Source: Tubulanus polymorphus (taxonomy: Eukaryota > Animalia > Nemertea). Taken from it: a DNA stretch of 64,000 nt. The notes under the pieces were generated by a model. That model saw only the letters and a list, made by a program, of their open reading frames with translations, was not told where the DNA came from and searched no databases. A program made the position numbers and the translations under genes. Shown here piece by piece: positions 25,901 through 40,900 of the stretch (the stretch's first letter is position 1; each line of letters opens with the position of its first letter). The stretch lies in contig NC_134025.1 of NCBI RefSeq assembly GCF_964204645.1, positions 25,276,299 to 25,340,298 of the forward strand, written 5' to 3'.

Positions 25901-28900
25901 CATTTCTTATACAAAACGTGTAAACAAGCCGCCACATACCTGGTACCATGATAAAGTGAAAATGAGAGTATTGAATTGTGATGAAAGTAAACAAAGACGT
26001 CATGCATTAAAAACCTATAAGAGATACAATCAGGACTCCATACCAGAACCACATTCACCACACTGTACATACCGGTGGCCTGGGTGTATGTTTTTTCTGA
26101 AAATATGCTTTCTCCTGCGAGGAAAGCACAAATTTCTAAAGATTATTGCGGATTGATCGAACAGGGGGATTTTGTTAGTAATTGCGAAGACATGCTGAGC
26201 CATTCAATTTCACAAAATGCTCAGATTAACATAACCGATGAAAACTTAAAAGAAATATGCTAACTAGTCAAATAAAGAATAACATAACAATCGATGCAAG
26301 CTGATAAGACACATTTTGAGTGTGACCACAATTCATATTTTCAACAACCAATAAATCATCAGAGACGAACACATTCACCATTCATTGAAAAAGATCACAA
26401 ATTCTCAAAGCTTGACAATAGGTACTTAGAGTATATGGTCCTTTGAGCATTGCCACAAGTTTAGTGAAGTTTAATGAAACAATTGGCTTCATCAAGATAA
26501 ACACCATGCAAATGAGTACATCCGTACAACATGAAATCTTACAGAATCACTAAGAGGAAGAGTGAACTGAGGTTTCACTGAAGATGATTTCTGTTTAGTG
26601 GGCTAGAAAAAGACATCGGATTTTAATTCAAATTTCACTTGAAACTAGATTTTATGTTCTTCATCCAATAGGAGCCACTAAAAGAAAGATATATCATTAA
26701 GAATGAGAACGTTTGTAAACCTCACCTTGATCGGTGATGCCTCTTTCTTTGGTGGAGTTTTCGCAGTTTTTGGAGTCGATAAACGTTCAATAGCCTTTGG
26801 CATAAAAACACGCGGCGATGATTTTTTCTCTTGTTCGTCCTTTTCTTTTTTCTCTTTCAGCTGTTTGTCGGTGATTCCCGAGGATCTCGATCTCGAAACT
26901 GTGAATTCAACCATGAAAATTCAAAGCATACGTTATATTACGCAAGAATGAAATTTCGTAAACGGTACAACGAAGTACGAAGAGCAGCGTCATTTTCATC
27001 TTAAATTTTGGAAAAAAACTGAGAAGAACCAGAATCTAACATTGAGTTATGCGTATTGTTATCATCGATGACAATACGCACAAGCGTGAAGATGTGAACA
27101 GTAGCGAAGTCTAAAACAGATCCGTGAAATATCAAGTGACAACACACATAGCAACCCTCGTTAAAAACACAGTGAACAACAATGATAGTTAACAACTGTC
27201 CATGCACTTCTACAGACATGTAGATAGATGATCTATCGTGTGTTTTGCCCAAATTCACAGATAAAGAGGACACAAAATGTCTTTTTGATGTCAACGTTGA
27301 ATCCCGATCGTACATTGTCACGAGAGAAACGTACCTGGTGTTATTTTTACCGTGCTACGACTCATTCGCGTCGATGCTGGCGGCGTAGGAGGTGTATCGG
27401 TTGGCAATCTGCCAGCAATACTGTGAGGTCGAGGTTTACGTACAGGACTATCATTCGCGTTTGTTGTTTTATTGTTGGATTGGTTGCCAGGTGGACGTCT
27501 TAAGTTAACCCGGGTGGCTAGAAAAGATTGCAGTCGCAGTTGCAGAAACTATGAAAAGACCCAATTATATACCCTATAGGTAAGACAGCTAAAGGCCTTA
27601 ACCGATTTTTAAAATTCCAAACACCATACATATTATGTTACCCAATACCAAGAGTTGACCACAACAGCAGTTATTACTTAAAAATTAATAGTTATCGCTT
27701 AATGATATCAAATTCGCGTATTGATAATTAAACCTTTTTAATGAATTGAAGCATGAAGCATTTCATCAAACATTCAAAGCGAGGTGCTGCCATTGTGGTT
27801 GAACATCGAACTAAGCAAGAGGCAAGCCAAATCACCCTAGAGGGAGAGGCTTTAGCAAAAACATATAGACCATCTATTATAAGGTCTACGAGTAGTATGA
27901 GTTGTGACAAAAAGTTTACAGGATATTCTCTATTCAGTAATTTCTCTTTATCTTCATAAATATATTTCAGAGAAAGTGGGCTTCGAAATGACCAATGACC
28001 AACTGAATGTCTACATGAAAGTAAATCATGCAGGAGTTAGTGATGCGTGGGTGCTTCTAAAATTTTCAAACTATTCTAACCAAAATAACACATGCCATGG
28101 TTAAAGAAATACATGAAATGCGATTCCCCGAAAAGGGTGCAGTTACTTAAAAATACATGAACAAGATGATGACTGCTACAGCCTGTATGTATATTACATC
28201 ATATCTCTATGCCAACTATCAGTTAGCCAAGCCATTCATTAATTAATTACCAAAGTATTAACCTCCAGCGTCATATCACAGCAAGATTTCATAAATAAGG
28301 AAAAATCGCTGCTGGTTATAAAATCACAGCTTTTAAGAGAAGCTAAAACAGTTATCCGCTTGCATGCCAGTATTACTCATTGATAAGGAAATCTCCAAGA
28401 TATGATTTCATAAAAGATTACACTAGGCATAAAGCAATTCAATTACTGACAATTTGTGGGTTAAACCTTCAAAAAGATTATTAAAAATAGATAATAAACA
28501 CTTATCTGCCAAAATTATTGGCATTTTTATCAATGCATAGACAAAACATGTAGCCATATTATGTCTATGGAGTATGCAACATAAATGTGATATTGTGAAA
28601 GCATAAAAAGCACATGTACAATGTAGATGGTTTGTGGCTGAAAAACTAATACATAATTTTGATGGATTACAGAAAAATCAAGAGAACATTCAGTATCTCG
28701 AAAATCAAAAGTATATCTCAACAGAAATTCCATGATAGGACACATTAGGATTGGTGATTTATAGCCAATCAGAGGCAAGCAGAACAACAATGATTAGATC
28801 AGATGATGACGGCATACCCTTAAGTGTCGATTTCTGTGGAGATTTTGGTGTTGTCTTTTTCTCAGGCTCAGGTTGCTTTACGAGTTTTTCCGTGGACTTT

Positions 28901-31900
28901 TTCAGTTTCTCTGATGTCAATTTCAGAGTTTCCGTAAAGGTTACTTTGATCTCTTCCATTTTTGGGTCTGTTTTATGATTGATCAGGCATACGAATAGAA
29001 GAATGACAAGTTACGTATATATATATATGTAATATGCGATGCACAATCGCAAGCGTTCTGCAAGTAATTTGTGCAGTGAAGAAAGTAATTCCTGAAAATT
29101 CAACAATCTTTTCTTTTACACACTGACAATGTATTTTACATCGAATGGTAACACCGAGTGATTAAATAGCCTGTGGGTATGTCTACCAATCTGCCACGAA
29201 TTACATTCGGGTTCTCTCCCGAGCGAGATGGCCGACTAATGAGGTACAAACACTGTCACGTAATTTGTGCATTTTTTCATGCCCGATAGACAGGCCAACG
29301 CGTAACAATTATTTGCTAATGAACTCACCACACACATGTGCTATTCAGCTTTAAATCAATATCACATAGATGATGATATAACTATGAATATATAACAGTA
29401 AACAAGCAAGCTGGTATATATCACTAACAATCTGTTTAGATTCGAGGTTATAAATATTCAGACTTCAGAAAATGCACGGATTCTTATCATTTTTTTCGAC
29501 AATCAGCATGAAAAATTGCAAATTTGCAATTTCTTCAAATAAATTCATAACATAAAACATGCATTAATTGAAATAATTCAGGGTCAGTGTTTTATAGACC
29601 AGTTTTAACTATGACCCGATTAGTCATCCCCAGGGCTCAAGTTAAAACTGTTCTATAGATTGAACCGACTCTGTTGAAGTACCGGTATGTGCTGAAATTA
29701 GTAAGGCTCAAATACCTACACACGACTCTATTGACAAGCAGGGCTAGGTTAGGGGGGCATTTAATTGGATACATCGCTCTCTACCTTCACGATACCACCT
29801 CCGATCCTCAAGAGTAATGTGCTCATATACATACATGTATTAAGATTTATGTTTCATCGATTCATTACGAGATTCATAGAAAAATTTCGACATACATAGC
29901 TGGTACATATGGTTTTCTGGGAAGGGAACTGAATAAAAATGAATCTAAGGAAATTTCATGAATACATAATGTATATACATAATACATACTGAAAGATGTT
30001 CGTTTATATAATGCGTAAACTTTAATTTAGGACGATATGAAATGAGATATAATAATCGTGAAATACAGATATAATTTGATTTTTCACTGGTAGCAGGTTA
30101 GCAATATATGAAATATGAAGGTTATGTGTTATCAAATGTAACGAAATGTTCGGATAGAGGAAATTAACCAGAGAAATAACCAAACAAACCTAACCCAAAA
30201 CCACACATCTCTGCAATCAAATTCCATTGCTAATTTTTCGTGAAGAAACGAATGGTGATTTGAAAATATCTTTGAAAACGTGCCCTGAACGAACCCCAAA
30301 AAGAATATTTGGTTAATCCACATTCGGTGGTTAAATAAATGATATAAATAATAAGGGTGCATTATTTCCATATTCCATTGGTGAAGCGGGCTACATGAGT
30401 AGCATAAAGCTTACCTCTGTTACACGCCAGCAAATTCGTAGAATTATATTGTGGCAATGAATGGCGACTTCGAATGTTACTTAAACTTTTAGTAGATTGG
30501 CTTAAAGTTTTTCTACTTCCTACAGAGGAGGAAACCGACAACGGATGAAGTAACATAGAACAAAAATTTAGCGCACTACAATGATGAAATCAGTTGTATC
30601 ACTTAAACAATATTCATTGGTTTGCATTTTAATTGCAGTATATATCAATCTCAGAAGCTTGACATTTGACATATCTACAATATCGATCATCAACTCAACT
30701 TTGGGCTAAAAAGGCCGTGAATACAGAAAAAAAAACTTTAAAAAAACAAACCATATTAAGATAGTTTTGATGTGAACTAAGTGACAAAAAATATAAAAAG
30801 ATAGTGTGACCTAATGTACCAGTAGTAAGAAGACTTGTAAAGAGGCGCAGTGAGACTTTGCGGAGGAGTATTTCTTACCAGGAGAGCTATCCCTCGATCT
30901 GGACACCTGCTTCGATGAAGCAGACAGGTCGATGCTTCGGTTCCGGGACAACACGGAACATGAAGCCGAAAGTCGTTTTGAGGGCGACCCAGACTCATTG
31001 ACTACAAATATGAAAGAGCACAATGCACATAAGGATACGAGATATACAGGATAATGGTGATTATATGCCATGCAAAATCCACTGGTGGAGGATACTACTG
31101 ATGTTATATTGCTTAAGCGCATGGTGGGAACATCCATCTGGCTGGCTCTAATCTACATAGCGTGCGTGAATATCTAACAAAAACCTCATTAGATTTTGGT
31201 AATTTTTTGGAGAAATTGCGGAATTCAAAACAATAGTATCTTGCGTGACGTATATATCCAACCAACATTCTTTAAGATGAAATTGAGCATAACACATATT
31301 ATATAAATATACATATATATATAAATATATATATATATATAAACATGTACGTACAGCAAGAGAAAGTGAACATGCTTCACATATACATGTACAAATCTCC
31401 GCACTTGCCACAGTTCAAGACCCTAGCAAGTGGTTTGAAAAATCATAGAACTGATTCGTTAGATTGAATGAATCTAACAAATATCACAATCATTTAATCC
31501 AAAGAAAATAGATAAAAACTATCATAAAAATAATTTGTTAAATTCAACGTGTGTCGTTTACTGTTAATTAGTTTCTGAATCATGAAAATCTGAACTCAAA
31601 ACAGCATCCAGTTTTTCACGAATATTCAATCAAGACCAAGCGATAATATGCGCTATAAATCAAAAGCTCTGGTTAGTACCTACAGCAGGGCTTACCCCAA
31701 AAATATGACCAAACACCAAAAAAAACATTAAATAGAAATTTTCAACCCAAGTCCTGCTCATTTGACACACGTTGTGTTAATATTGTTACCTTTAACTACT
31801 GAAAGTGCAAAAGAACATGGAAAATCGGTAATACCTGAAGCACAGGCGATTACTGGGAAAGGTACCGGGAAAATCAACCGGGAAATAACAGGTTTTGATT

Positions 31901-34900
31901 AGTTGAACAGTTCTCCGTGACAAATGGATATCAGAGAACTCGGGATAAATCAACGTGCAAAAAATTATTCGGAAAATTCTAGGCATTTTTCATTCGGTGC
32001 AAAAGTTAATCATCATGACCAGTTTGGATGCTGAATTCGATTCTAGATAAGAAAGTTTGCTCAGCGATTTGCAATTAATTGCCTCAAGCGCGCTCAAACA
32101 CCAAAATCATTGCCGTATTAAATTCCAAAGCTATTTAAGAATAATGAGCCTGAAGGCTCACCTGTGAAATGATCGATGGTAAATTTTGTATACTGAAGTG
32201 ATCAATAACGGTATATTGGAATATTTCATTAGAATCAATCTATGCCGGTGAATTCACTCCCATAGCAAAACCCTCTAATAGCAGAAATGTAGCAAAAAGC
32301 AATTTAAATGCCTCGTCCACGGCAACTTGAACAGTCGCTTATTGCTTTTAGTCAAGAAGAAATTGAAAAGAGTAATCATAGTCATGCATTCTGATATTCA
32401 TGCTTTAGGCTTTTTGTCTCATGATTATGATTATTAGTATCAGAAGTCCATGCAGTAATCGCTATGGAACCTGCGTTCATGCAGGCAATCAGTATACTCT
32501 ACGCGATTAGACAAGCATCGAAACATGCACGCTAAAATAACCCGCAATCTGGCCACCGGATGTCCCCGGCAGAACCATCACCCGATCAAAACTGTCCCGA
32601 CGGTCGGACTTTCGGCGCGCGCACCCGTCCCGAACCTGCAGTGCAAATAGATTAGTATGTTAGATAACCACCACATACCATTCCTGTCCGCGGTGTAGCG
32701 TCGTCGCACAGCAGCAGACGCCGATGCTGCGCGACGGTGCGAACGCTGATGTGCATCATCCCCGGTCCGTCGGACAAGGCTGGTATGTGATGATGATCGA
32801 CGAGACCGGTCTAACGGCTCACAGATATCCCTCGGTGTTCCGCTGCCGAACGCAACCACGTAGCTGATGCCTCGTCGACCTCGAATCGACTCGAGCTTCG
32901 CTTCTCTTTCGGCCGATCGACGTAAAAGGGCCTCGAGTTTATCCTGAAATACGAAAAATGTTATATCACGTTTAGAAAAAAATTGATATGAATCAGTGAA
33001 TATTGTGTATCTGCACTATACAGATTTATCACTAGAACTAGGTTGACCTTCTAATGTCCTGCAAAAGGGTAGGCGATAAGAAATGAACTAACCATTATTT
33101 CCATAATCAATTTACACCTTACGACAGTGAGTCAGTGCAGTAAGATGACATGTTTGAAGTTAATAAATCATCTAGGCCTATGAAATTTACTGAAAGACCC
33201 ATAAATCTAAACTGATAACGCGGATATTCATCTCCTACCCTTTCAGCTTCCGATCTCTGCTTGCGTCGCTCTTCCACGGCCGACCTTCGTTCTTCATCTC
33301 GTCGACGTAGTTCCTCGATCTTACGCTTCCTTTCCTCTTGTTGTTTCGTGCGATATTCCTGCGCGAGTCGTTGCGCCTCTCTCAATTCTTGCACTTTACG
33401 TTTGCGTTCTTCGTCGTGTTTTTCTCGAAGATTGCGAACGCGTTCTTCGCGCTCTTTCGCTTTCTGCGCCGATTCTACAAGAAAATGGTCAACAAAAATA
33501 GAAAACACAAAGATCTTATGAAAATGATAATCATCGGTAGACTACTGAATTCTTCTTAAGTGGGCGGGCAGAAATTGTAGACAGAAACTTGACAACTTGG
33601 CAAGAAACCTTACTCGCAATAAAGAAACCTTATCTCTTGATATCACTTTCAAAATCAACAGATATGTACTATCACGTGGGTGTAGTTTATAAATAAAAAA
33701 ATTTATCGTATTGTTAAATTTTGAAATATATTTAGATAAGACGACGGTGACACATGTTTCTAAAATAGACAATCGCAAATTCTTTTGACGCAGAAAAAGA
33801 TTAAGTTTTCTACCTGACATTACTATCAATTGACCTTTGAAAAAACTGAATTCATATTTCTGTTTCGTTGACACATGATATTCAATTTAAACAGTACTTT
33901 TTTCAAATAACGGTACTTTTTTCAAATAACGTACTTATTTGCTCTCTGTCTCTGTATTTCATGAAAGGGATTCTAAACTCGAGTATACAATTTCATTTCA
34001 GATGGCATTTTAAATGAAAACACTGCGAGATGCAGTCTGAATTTTCAAGACGCAATCCATCACACGATACATTTTCATCACGAATGAATGAGTAAAGATG
34101 ATAAAGCGAGTACATAGTTCGTCGTTACAAAGCAGGACAAACAACATTTCCGTATGAATTTGGAGCCGATATAGGACATCGATGGTTTAAATCTAATAGC
34201 AGTACTTGAATTTGCCAAAAATAGGCCAGCGATTAGTTGAAATAAGGGAATATTTCAGATACTGGTCAGATTCAGTAAATATGATGCTTCATCTGTAGTA
34301 TAGATATGCGAGAGCGGCATGGAAAACTACATCATTTATGATACCTGAATAAAAAGTGAATATTTTATGCATCTTATGTACGAATAGAAAGACGTGAAGT
34401 GACAGGAGCAAGTTGATGCCAGTAATACATATATAGTCGAAGCGGAAACCACGTATGTACTCACTAAATATAAGGCTATGAATGACTGCAACATAAACGA
34501 AAAATTTTTGTATTCATTCAAACTTATGACACCGAGGAGCCATGATTTCAAGAACACACGGCAAAGATGCAGTCACCATGGTAACTGGTCAAACAGCCTC
34601 ATGCGTCGTGGACGGCTGGTTTAGCACAATTAAAATTGCTCCGCATTTATGAAAGGTTTGTTTTTTTCTTTTCAGATGATTATCTATGTCTTACGAATGA
34701 TACGTATAATAGGACATATGCAAGACCATAATAAACCTATGCTAAGGAATAACGCAGGCTTCAGTATCTTACTGGTCATAAAGTTCTTCTGAATATTGCG
34801 AAAAACCAATATCCCAGCCACAACATTCTCAGTAACAATAATACATATAGGCCTATCCAAGATGAATCCACTATAACCCGGGGTTGCTAGATATTAATAT

Positions 34901-37900
34901 AACGTAAGAAACCCACAAAATCCTGAAACAAAAATCCACATTCATCGTAAACAATAATACATATAAATATACAGTATCTACCACCAGCTGAAACGTGAAA
35001 AACGGTTAAAATCTATGTTAGTACTGGTGATATTTAGCTTGAGTTCTCATCATCACGTGACACCAATATACCGACTGTTTAATACTCTATAGCAGCAATG
35101 ATTGTCCAAATTTACAGCTGCAATTCAAAGCATGTAATTCATATGATCGGCAGGAAATTCGGGAACGAAGAAGAATGAAATAAATGAATGTCTAAAAGTA
35201 CGCACGGTACGGAGAAAATTAAGTTTCTGGGCAAAGGTAATTGAGAGTAATTTTAGCAATCTTCTCGTAGTAAATAAGGCTAGCGGACAATCATGGCTAT
35301 TGTCGCTTATTCTGAAGTTTTCGATTGCAAAATTGCTGCCATTGATGACCAAGCGTATGTAAATTAAATATTGGTGATGTTAGATCAAAATTTGATGTCA
35401 GGTGACATGATTTTTTAGCGTCACACAAAGATTACCAATTTCTTGTTGTTAGCGAGGGTGAATAATGTAACGGTCTATTAAAAATATTGAGTCCCGGCGG
35501 TGAATGGAGACTTTCGGCTAGTTACATACCTGACGGAGATCGAAACGATCTATTAACACCTGAAAATTTACAGTAAAATCTCTCATCATCAGCGTATTGA
35601 GGTAGTTTTATTAGTAAGGACTTCCCTTCATAGCTTATAAACTGTAGCATGCCACTATCCAGATGAAAATAAACAATTCATCACATGCTCATCCTCCGCC
35701 GGCAGGGATTCGAACCTGATGGCATCGAGACTGGCCACGGTACAAAACCCTGCCACACTAGACCGAGTGCGCACATCCGGTCTATTGTGGCAGGGTTTCG
35801 CGCCGTGGCTGAGTCTGGCAATGCCATCAGGTTCAAACTCCCGCGGAGGGAGGATGCACGTGCTAAATTTTCATGCTAAAAGAGCTAACGCAATCTTATC
35901 AGCAGTTCATCAATATATGAAAATCACTGACAATACGTAGCTCTCTTAATAGGTAACATCCAGTTTTAACATTTCATAATTAGCACAAATCTATGATCAT
36001 ATTTGGTGCGATAGTAGGCCAAATTGAATAATAAACATTTGATTGTATTCATTAAACATAAAATGTTTATTGCTGTTTGTACTGTACGATCACCCAGCAC
36101 TGGAGCGTATGAGTGTAACTGAGGAAAATATTGTCAAACCATAACCACAACAAGAATAGTATGAATACTGCAACATGCGACTTACCAGGCGAAACAACTG
36201 ATTTTGGAGGGGCTGGAAAATAGTAAGATACAACAAAATTCATAACAATGAGATATCAAAAAAATTTCACATTCAAATCGGAGATGATTCTAGTAGAAAT
36301 TCTACCAATTGTATTTTAGATAGAGGTCGAAACACGTGATGAAGATACGCCTGGCTACAATAAGGAATAGACGCAGGGTAAAAAGGTGAACAATGTTATA
36401 CATGTGTTTGATCTAGTATCGATAATGAACCCGCTGCTGCTGCTGATGCTGCACGCAGAGAATGATATACTCACTGGATTGAGTCGAATCCCCGACAGGT
36501 CTGAAAGATGGACTCCTGGCATTTGTATTTGCGTTTCCCGATCCGGCGGAATCCGGCCGACTTCCCGAACTGCCCGACTGATCGGCTTTGTCCGCGTTAA
36601 TCCCTAAAGTACCCGCATCGTTTTCACCGAGTCTATTATCCGTTTGATCGGGGTTATCGTTAATATCCGGTGTTTTTTCGGCTGTTTGTCGAGAAGGATT
36701 CGTATTGTCAGTCACGTTCGCGTCAGTGGCGGTGTTATCTGGTTCCGGAGCTGTAAAATATAACAAATATCGAACGTAAAAATCCATTTCAAAAACTGAA
36801 CCCGCCCGTGGCAAAGCATCTCTTCAGTGTCCATTCCATACAAAATTAGGCAAAGGCGAGTCTGCCAGTACCAAATATGAATTCAAAAGCAGTGATCGCA
36901 TGAGCATTTTGGCCCGACCAAAAAACAAAGGACCCGGCTCAAGACAAATTTTAGCATGGGTTAGAATTAGATTATTGCGCGAGTCTCACTTCACTTCGTT
37001 TAAGCATTGTTTAGTATCGAGTGAGCGGTTTGCGTGTCAACGCGCTCTCTAATTAGGCACTGGCCAAATTTGACTCAAGCCTGATCCGTGCCAATTGGCC
37101 CGGGTCGAATCATCTCCATATAATCGCGGCTAAATTATCAAAATCAAAGTTGGTAACGATTTTGATGACCCCGAGCGAAATTAATCATCCCCCTAGAAAA
37201 TATATCAAAGATATTAAAACTCAAGTGTTGGTTACAATTACACCTTGATATCCCGCTCGGCTTATTTGCCTTCCTTTGCTCGCTGCTGTGAGGAATAGGC
37301 TTATTATTATATTATGACATAATTCCACTGGAATGCTTAAAGAAGCACCTGCAAAACTGAAGTCTATCTTACGTAGATCTCTGAATAAAAAAATTTCGAA
37401 CAAGGCATTCCATTCGTCTTAATATCAACCTGTAGATTCTGAACATTATTACTAATAAAGTGCGAAGACTGATAAGACATTAATCAACAATGAGCTATAA
37501 GCTATTACTTCGTCAGTGTCATTTATAACTTTATAAATCGATCGCAACAGTGGCAGTTGGCATTCTCGAGCCAGACAGCGGCACATTAGTTTCAGTAGGT
37601 AGAACCAGTGATTGATGGCGCATATTACTGCCTACCATCGAAAACAGGTAGAGTACACGGCTCTCCTCGAAATGGATAAATTCCACATGGACACCGCGCG
37701 TCGTAGTAATATCTCCGGATATCAACGAAACTGACGGATACATTAATGGATATTCTAATGTAAGCGAACGACGACGGAAAAAACTGCTTGAAAATAAAAG
37801 AAACGCAAACCACTTTCTCTAAAACTAGATGAAAGCAGTCGCTAAAAGTGCTGTAACGAATAGAAGACTGCGGTATATTTATTCATGAAAGAGTGAATGA

Positions 37901-40900
37901 ATGGCTCGCTTTTTATTCCGATATAAAGCCAGACAGACGCAGTAACGAGAGAGTACAGGGTAGTAGACCGAAGGGACAATTGATGAAAAGTGAGAAAACC
38001 ACGACTTACCGTGCCGATACGAAACGGGAATAAAAACAACCATTACGAAAAATATCAATCCAAATAGCCAGGAGTCGATGGCACCACCACTGCTCGAGCC
38101 AAATGTTCTATGAATGCGAAGCAATGCGTTCAGACACGTAAATACCAAGAATAAGATGAAACAGAACAGGTACTTCGGCATGTGGTTATCTGGATGTTTG
38201 CCATCAATGCCAGGTGTTGATCTAAGGTTTTTTTTCCGATAACTCAAAGTAACTCTCGCGAACAATTACAAATTCCGCGAAAGCCTAAAATCTGCCAGGA
38301 ATCGAATGGCGAAGACGACGAACGTCTCGATATATTCGGCGTGATTAATGAATTCTGAGTAAATGAACGACGCAATCAATGCAGCGGTATTGAACAATCC
38401 AAACAAACGGAATTACTCAATGATAAACCACCAGTATTACATCAAACATTCATAAAATTGACGATACGTATGTAACTTATGCGAAGAAGTTTGTTATCGG
38501 TATCGGGTAGCACTGCTTTCACGAAATCACAAAAAGCATTTTCTACAGTCTTCGCGGTGACGTCAGACTTACAGAAAAACGTTTAAAGACTTCTTGACTG
38601 AGATACGAGATATAGGAGAGGCTTAGTTGTAAAATGTGTTAGCTAGCATAGCATAAATAACAAATATGCGAAACACTATGAACCTATTACATACTAGACA
38701 GGATACAGTCCACGGGCTGGTTTCAATGAAAAGTCTTGGCAGTTAAACCTGAAGATAAACTCATTTGATAACTACCTGCATTTAGTTTGTGAAACCGGGG
38801 AAAAAATATAAGCACGAAAGTCTTAAAGACTCGAAGAAACAAAGCAGAAAAAATCCCGATAAAATTTCTAATGATCAAATAAAATACTTCATGAAGATGG
38901 TCTCAGAGAAAAATTCATCCGACGCTTCAAAATTTCATCCTTAAAAAGTCGGTTGAAATCGAAAAATCGCATGAAATCGATACTCAAACTCAATAAGTAG
39001 TATACTCACGCATAGTTATATCTTGACTGATTTCGTCTGTCAAAGAATCTAAATTCCGTGTATGTGAAGTGCGGCAAGTCACTAAACTATTCAAACCGAA
39101 TAATAACTGTTTATATACGTATGCCGTAATAGCTACTGGTGAATATAACCAAGCACTGGACACCTTCTTCTAGTAAACAGGTTATTTATTCAAAGTGAAT
39201 GTACTGTAATTTATACAAACAATTTCAATACATTGCCGGTACTACTGTATAATTCGCCTCTCAGCAGAGTAAACACAAAATCTTCACTCTTTATCGGAGA
39301 TTCATAGCCACGCAACTGAATGTTAGACAAAAAACTAGAAAATCAATTTTTATGTACTCGTTCAAAAACCTGTGACCTTCGAGTTTACTAGTCAGAGTGA
39401 GATCGAGGAACAATGGTCACACTTGTTGAAAGGATTTTTACTAGCTGTAGCCAGAAGCTGTGAGCAACGCCCGCCCCTCCAACCCATGATGTCTGTCACA
39501 CACAAACACACGTTATTACAGTATGAATGAAAGGGGTCTTAAACAATATTTCACTAATCGCTGACGGATTGTTGTAATAATCTTTCACAAGAATTCAACA
39601 ACGCGAATGCAGGCCTGCGTGATAGACCCCCTGAGAGCTGACACCTCTCAATATCACATACATGAATGGAGAATGATATAACAATATAATCGGATGCTTA
39701 CTGCAGGACTGCAGGACCGAATCAACATTAAAATCATTTCTAATTTATAAAGGAAGCCATGTAACCCACGCCGCGCGCTGAAAGGAAATGTTCCAGTCGA
39801 TACTATTTATAGAATCCAGGTAGGGTAGGCCTAATCAAAACGACTCCTGTTTCAGGCTCAGGCAATTAAAATCTAATTAACGGAACCGCAAAAGCGCTAA
39901 TATGGTGATAAACGCCGAGGCAAAGTGGTGCACACCCGGCTGAACAAGTGCCGAGCACACCCATCATCAATCTGCAGACACCAGCAGGGGTACCTCAATC
40001 AATTATTCATCTCGTAGTTTTATTGCCAAACGACAGTCATCGAGACCCTGCCACCCCGATATCCATCGACGCAGAGAGATGACTGAAATCAATATTAGCT
40101 GTCGGCTTAAAACCAGTTCGTCTAAAAATACATCATCGTCGTCGTCGTCACTTCTACGACCGCGTTGTCCGTCTCGAGTATGACATCTATTATAGTACTG
40201 ACAATTATCTAAATGAGTTGTCGACAAAACCTACAGAGCAAATGCACTGCAAAAACCTTTAATATCAATCGGAACGCTCACGACGAATGGAACCGAATTC
40301 ACGCGCTTCGATTAGTCACACGATTTGAAAAAAAAAATAATGCGATAAATCATGTCGAATCTTCAATCAGAAAACTGACTGATAATATCAGGCTAACGCC
40401 GTACTACAGGCGGTAGCCTCCACGCGCGATGCATCACTCTGCTATTAATTAGTTTTTACTCGTTTAGACAGAGCACGAGTAGTGACTGTCTCCGCACGCG
40501 GCCGAGCTCGGTGTCTTCGAGATTTCTGGTGATGCAACTTCGTGAATCGATGCGATCGCTCGAGATTGATAAACCCCGACACGATCATAACCGCCGTAAG
40601 CGCAAAGGTCTTCGGCTCTCCGAGAACAAACGGCGAACTAAAGTCATTTGATGCGTGTGTGTATCTGAACAGAAGCTTCTGATCTCTAGCACGTCACAGG
40701 AACCGGATTCGAAAACAGAAACTTGACGAAAACGAAAAGCAATTCTCTTCAGTCGGTTTAACTCACCCATTTCTACAAAAATCCCGAATTAAAAACCGTA
40801 TCTACGACAGGAGGATTGTACCTAGGGCTCCCTGTCTTTATATCCTCCTGAACTAACAACAGAATAGTATACCACTTGACAACTATTATCAACAATACAT

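Noticed and set aside
32578-32640. Extra MAP7 exon right after the AFGSGTPR exon
   Set aside because: It would need a ~40-nt intron, and the phase-compatible frame stops quickly.
24950-38800. Several further decayed MITE-like inverted repeats (about 24950-25062, 29579-29668, 38712-38800; also 6208-6310)
   Set aside because: Probably real but too degenerate to define ends or TSDs by eye; ordinary repeat debris.
40003-40227. 74-aa ORF with a poly-Asp run in MAP7 intron 1
   Set aside because: Non-ATG start, no compatible splice donor, and the Asp run comes from a short gac/gat microsatellite.
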